A stretch of 62,152 nt of DNA, filler included, from Basidiobolus ranarum (Eukaryota): assembly GCA_040143965.1 (NCBI GenBank). It is 23 parts of 23 records of this genome, joined end to end, with 100 filler letters (N's around TTAATTAATTAA, not from the genome) between each part and the next. Parts side by side here need not be neighbours in the genome. Positions count along the whole stretch, not along the records: positions 59,556 to 62,152 come from JASJQH010010038.1; 22 more parts are not named here. The stretch is one strand, 5' to 3'. Positions within the stretch are counted from its first letter, which is position 1. The number at the start of each line of letters is the position of its first letter. The notes under the pieces are model-generated. The model saw only the letters and a list, made by a program, of their open reading frames with translations, was not told the DNA's origin and did no database searches. The translations under genes were made by a program, and so were the position numbers. Below, in pieces: positions 61,153 to 62,152 of the stretch.

Positions 61153-62152
61153 GATAGGTAAGTAGAGGGCTTGGTATTTGGATTGTTATTGCCAAAGACG
61201 CCTCTTCTTTTCTATTTATACTAATATCAAGATAGTAGATCAGCAAGGAAATGTATTGAAAGGATAGTATAGTTCAACAATGTAGGTGCTTACTTTTGAT
61301 TCAATGAAAATACCCCTACTTCTACTTTTCAATATATTGAGGATATTACTTCTATTTGCTTATGCAGCTGGCAGTTTAAATATGTTATGCAATTCCGTAA
61401 ATCCCTCTAGTTCAGATTCAGTAGGTCCTAGATAGAATTTAATGATTAATCTTGGCAATATTTTTCTTGCAATCATGGATTATGCAAACTCCTGCATCCA
61501 GTAGTTATCACGAAGCTCATATGCAATTCTGAGCGGTGTGAATTTTGGATTCAACGTATTGCATAGATAGACACCAAATCATCCAGTTTTAACAGTCTGG
61601 TTCTCCGAATGATTAAGCATAGATGATCTACTGCAAGGCAACTTATGAGAGAGTGTGGCAGGCCTAATAGCTAGGGTTTCTATATTGAAAAGGCTGGTAT
61701 TAACTCAAAGTTTACTAAGCCTACAAGTGCATTGGTAACAACGTGAGAGCAGTATCCAACTGAATATTGGGGAGTTTCATGGTTGTAAGACAGTAATGGT
61801 ATATTTGTAGCCAACAGATTCACTTTCGTATTGTTAATGATCATTGGAAATGAGAGCACTCTTTATAGCTAGCTATTTGGTAATATATTTCATACCATCA
61901 TAACCTTAGAGTTAACTGTTTAGTAAGATATTTCGATCAATCTTTCAGGGTAACTAAATCTTTCTAGATTTACTCCAAGCTTACCCCAGGAACTCATACT
62001 AATCATAAGCTTATTTTATCTTCAACATAAGTTCAATGATGTATTTTTTTAACCTTAACACTTTCACATGATCTTCAATTCACGTAGGAGATTCTGAACT
62101 ACTAGCATACAACAACTCAGATGTCAAACTTAACCTTTGCAAACTTCATATC

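Noticed and set aside
60830..61165. 111-aa plus-strand ORF
   Set aside because: Antisense shadow of the secreted protein, which has the signal peptide and TATA box.

Overview
This is not one locus. The window is 23 unrelated contigs of about 2.6 kb, sorted by size (2617 down to 2597 bp) and joined by artificial 100-bp spacers (N-run/TTAATTAATTAA/N-run), so adjacency across a spacer carries no meaning. The DNA is eukaryotic and fungal-type: GT-AG introns of 58-70 nt, a type I metacaspase, an annexin, and HSF, MDH and POT/OFA transporter genes. The genome is very repeat-rich; an early-diverging lineage such as Zoopagomycota/Entomophthorales is an inference. Most contigs are nested, decayed transposons that are almost free of CpG: at least two Ty1/Copia families, at least three Ty3/Gypsy lineages (two with chromodomain integrases), an abundant CACTA/CMC-type DNA transposon with CCCTA termini and two divergently oriented ORFs, and a DDE_Tnp_4 (PIF/Harbinger-ISL2-like) element with matching ~181-bp MITEs. 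Host sequence keeps its CpGs and includes a metacaspase with a tandem-repeat prodomain, an MDH 3' end with an in-frame SRL (PTS1) past the stop, an HSF-domain protein, a polyQ protein, an OFA-type MFS fragment, an annexin, a POT pseudogene, tRNA-Leu(CAG), two small secreted proteins, and an intronless frameshifted NAGPA/phosphodiester-glycosidase-like gene that is a horizontal-transfer candidate. No multi-gene system can be established from fragments this short. The strongest leads are the NAGPA-like gene, the two DNA-transposon families, the TE-restricted CpG hypermutation, the cryptic PTS1 and the secreted peptides. All calls come from reading motifs by eye; no searches were run.
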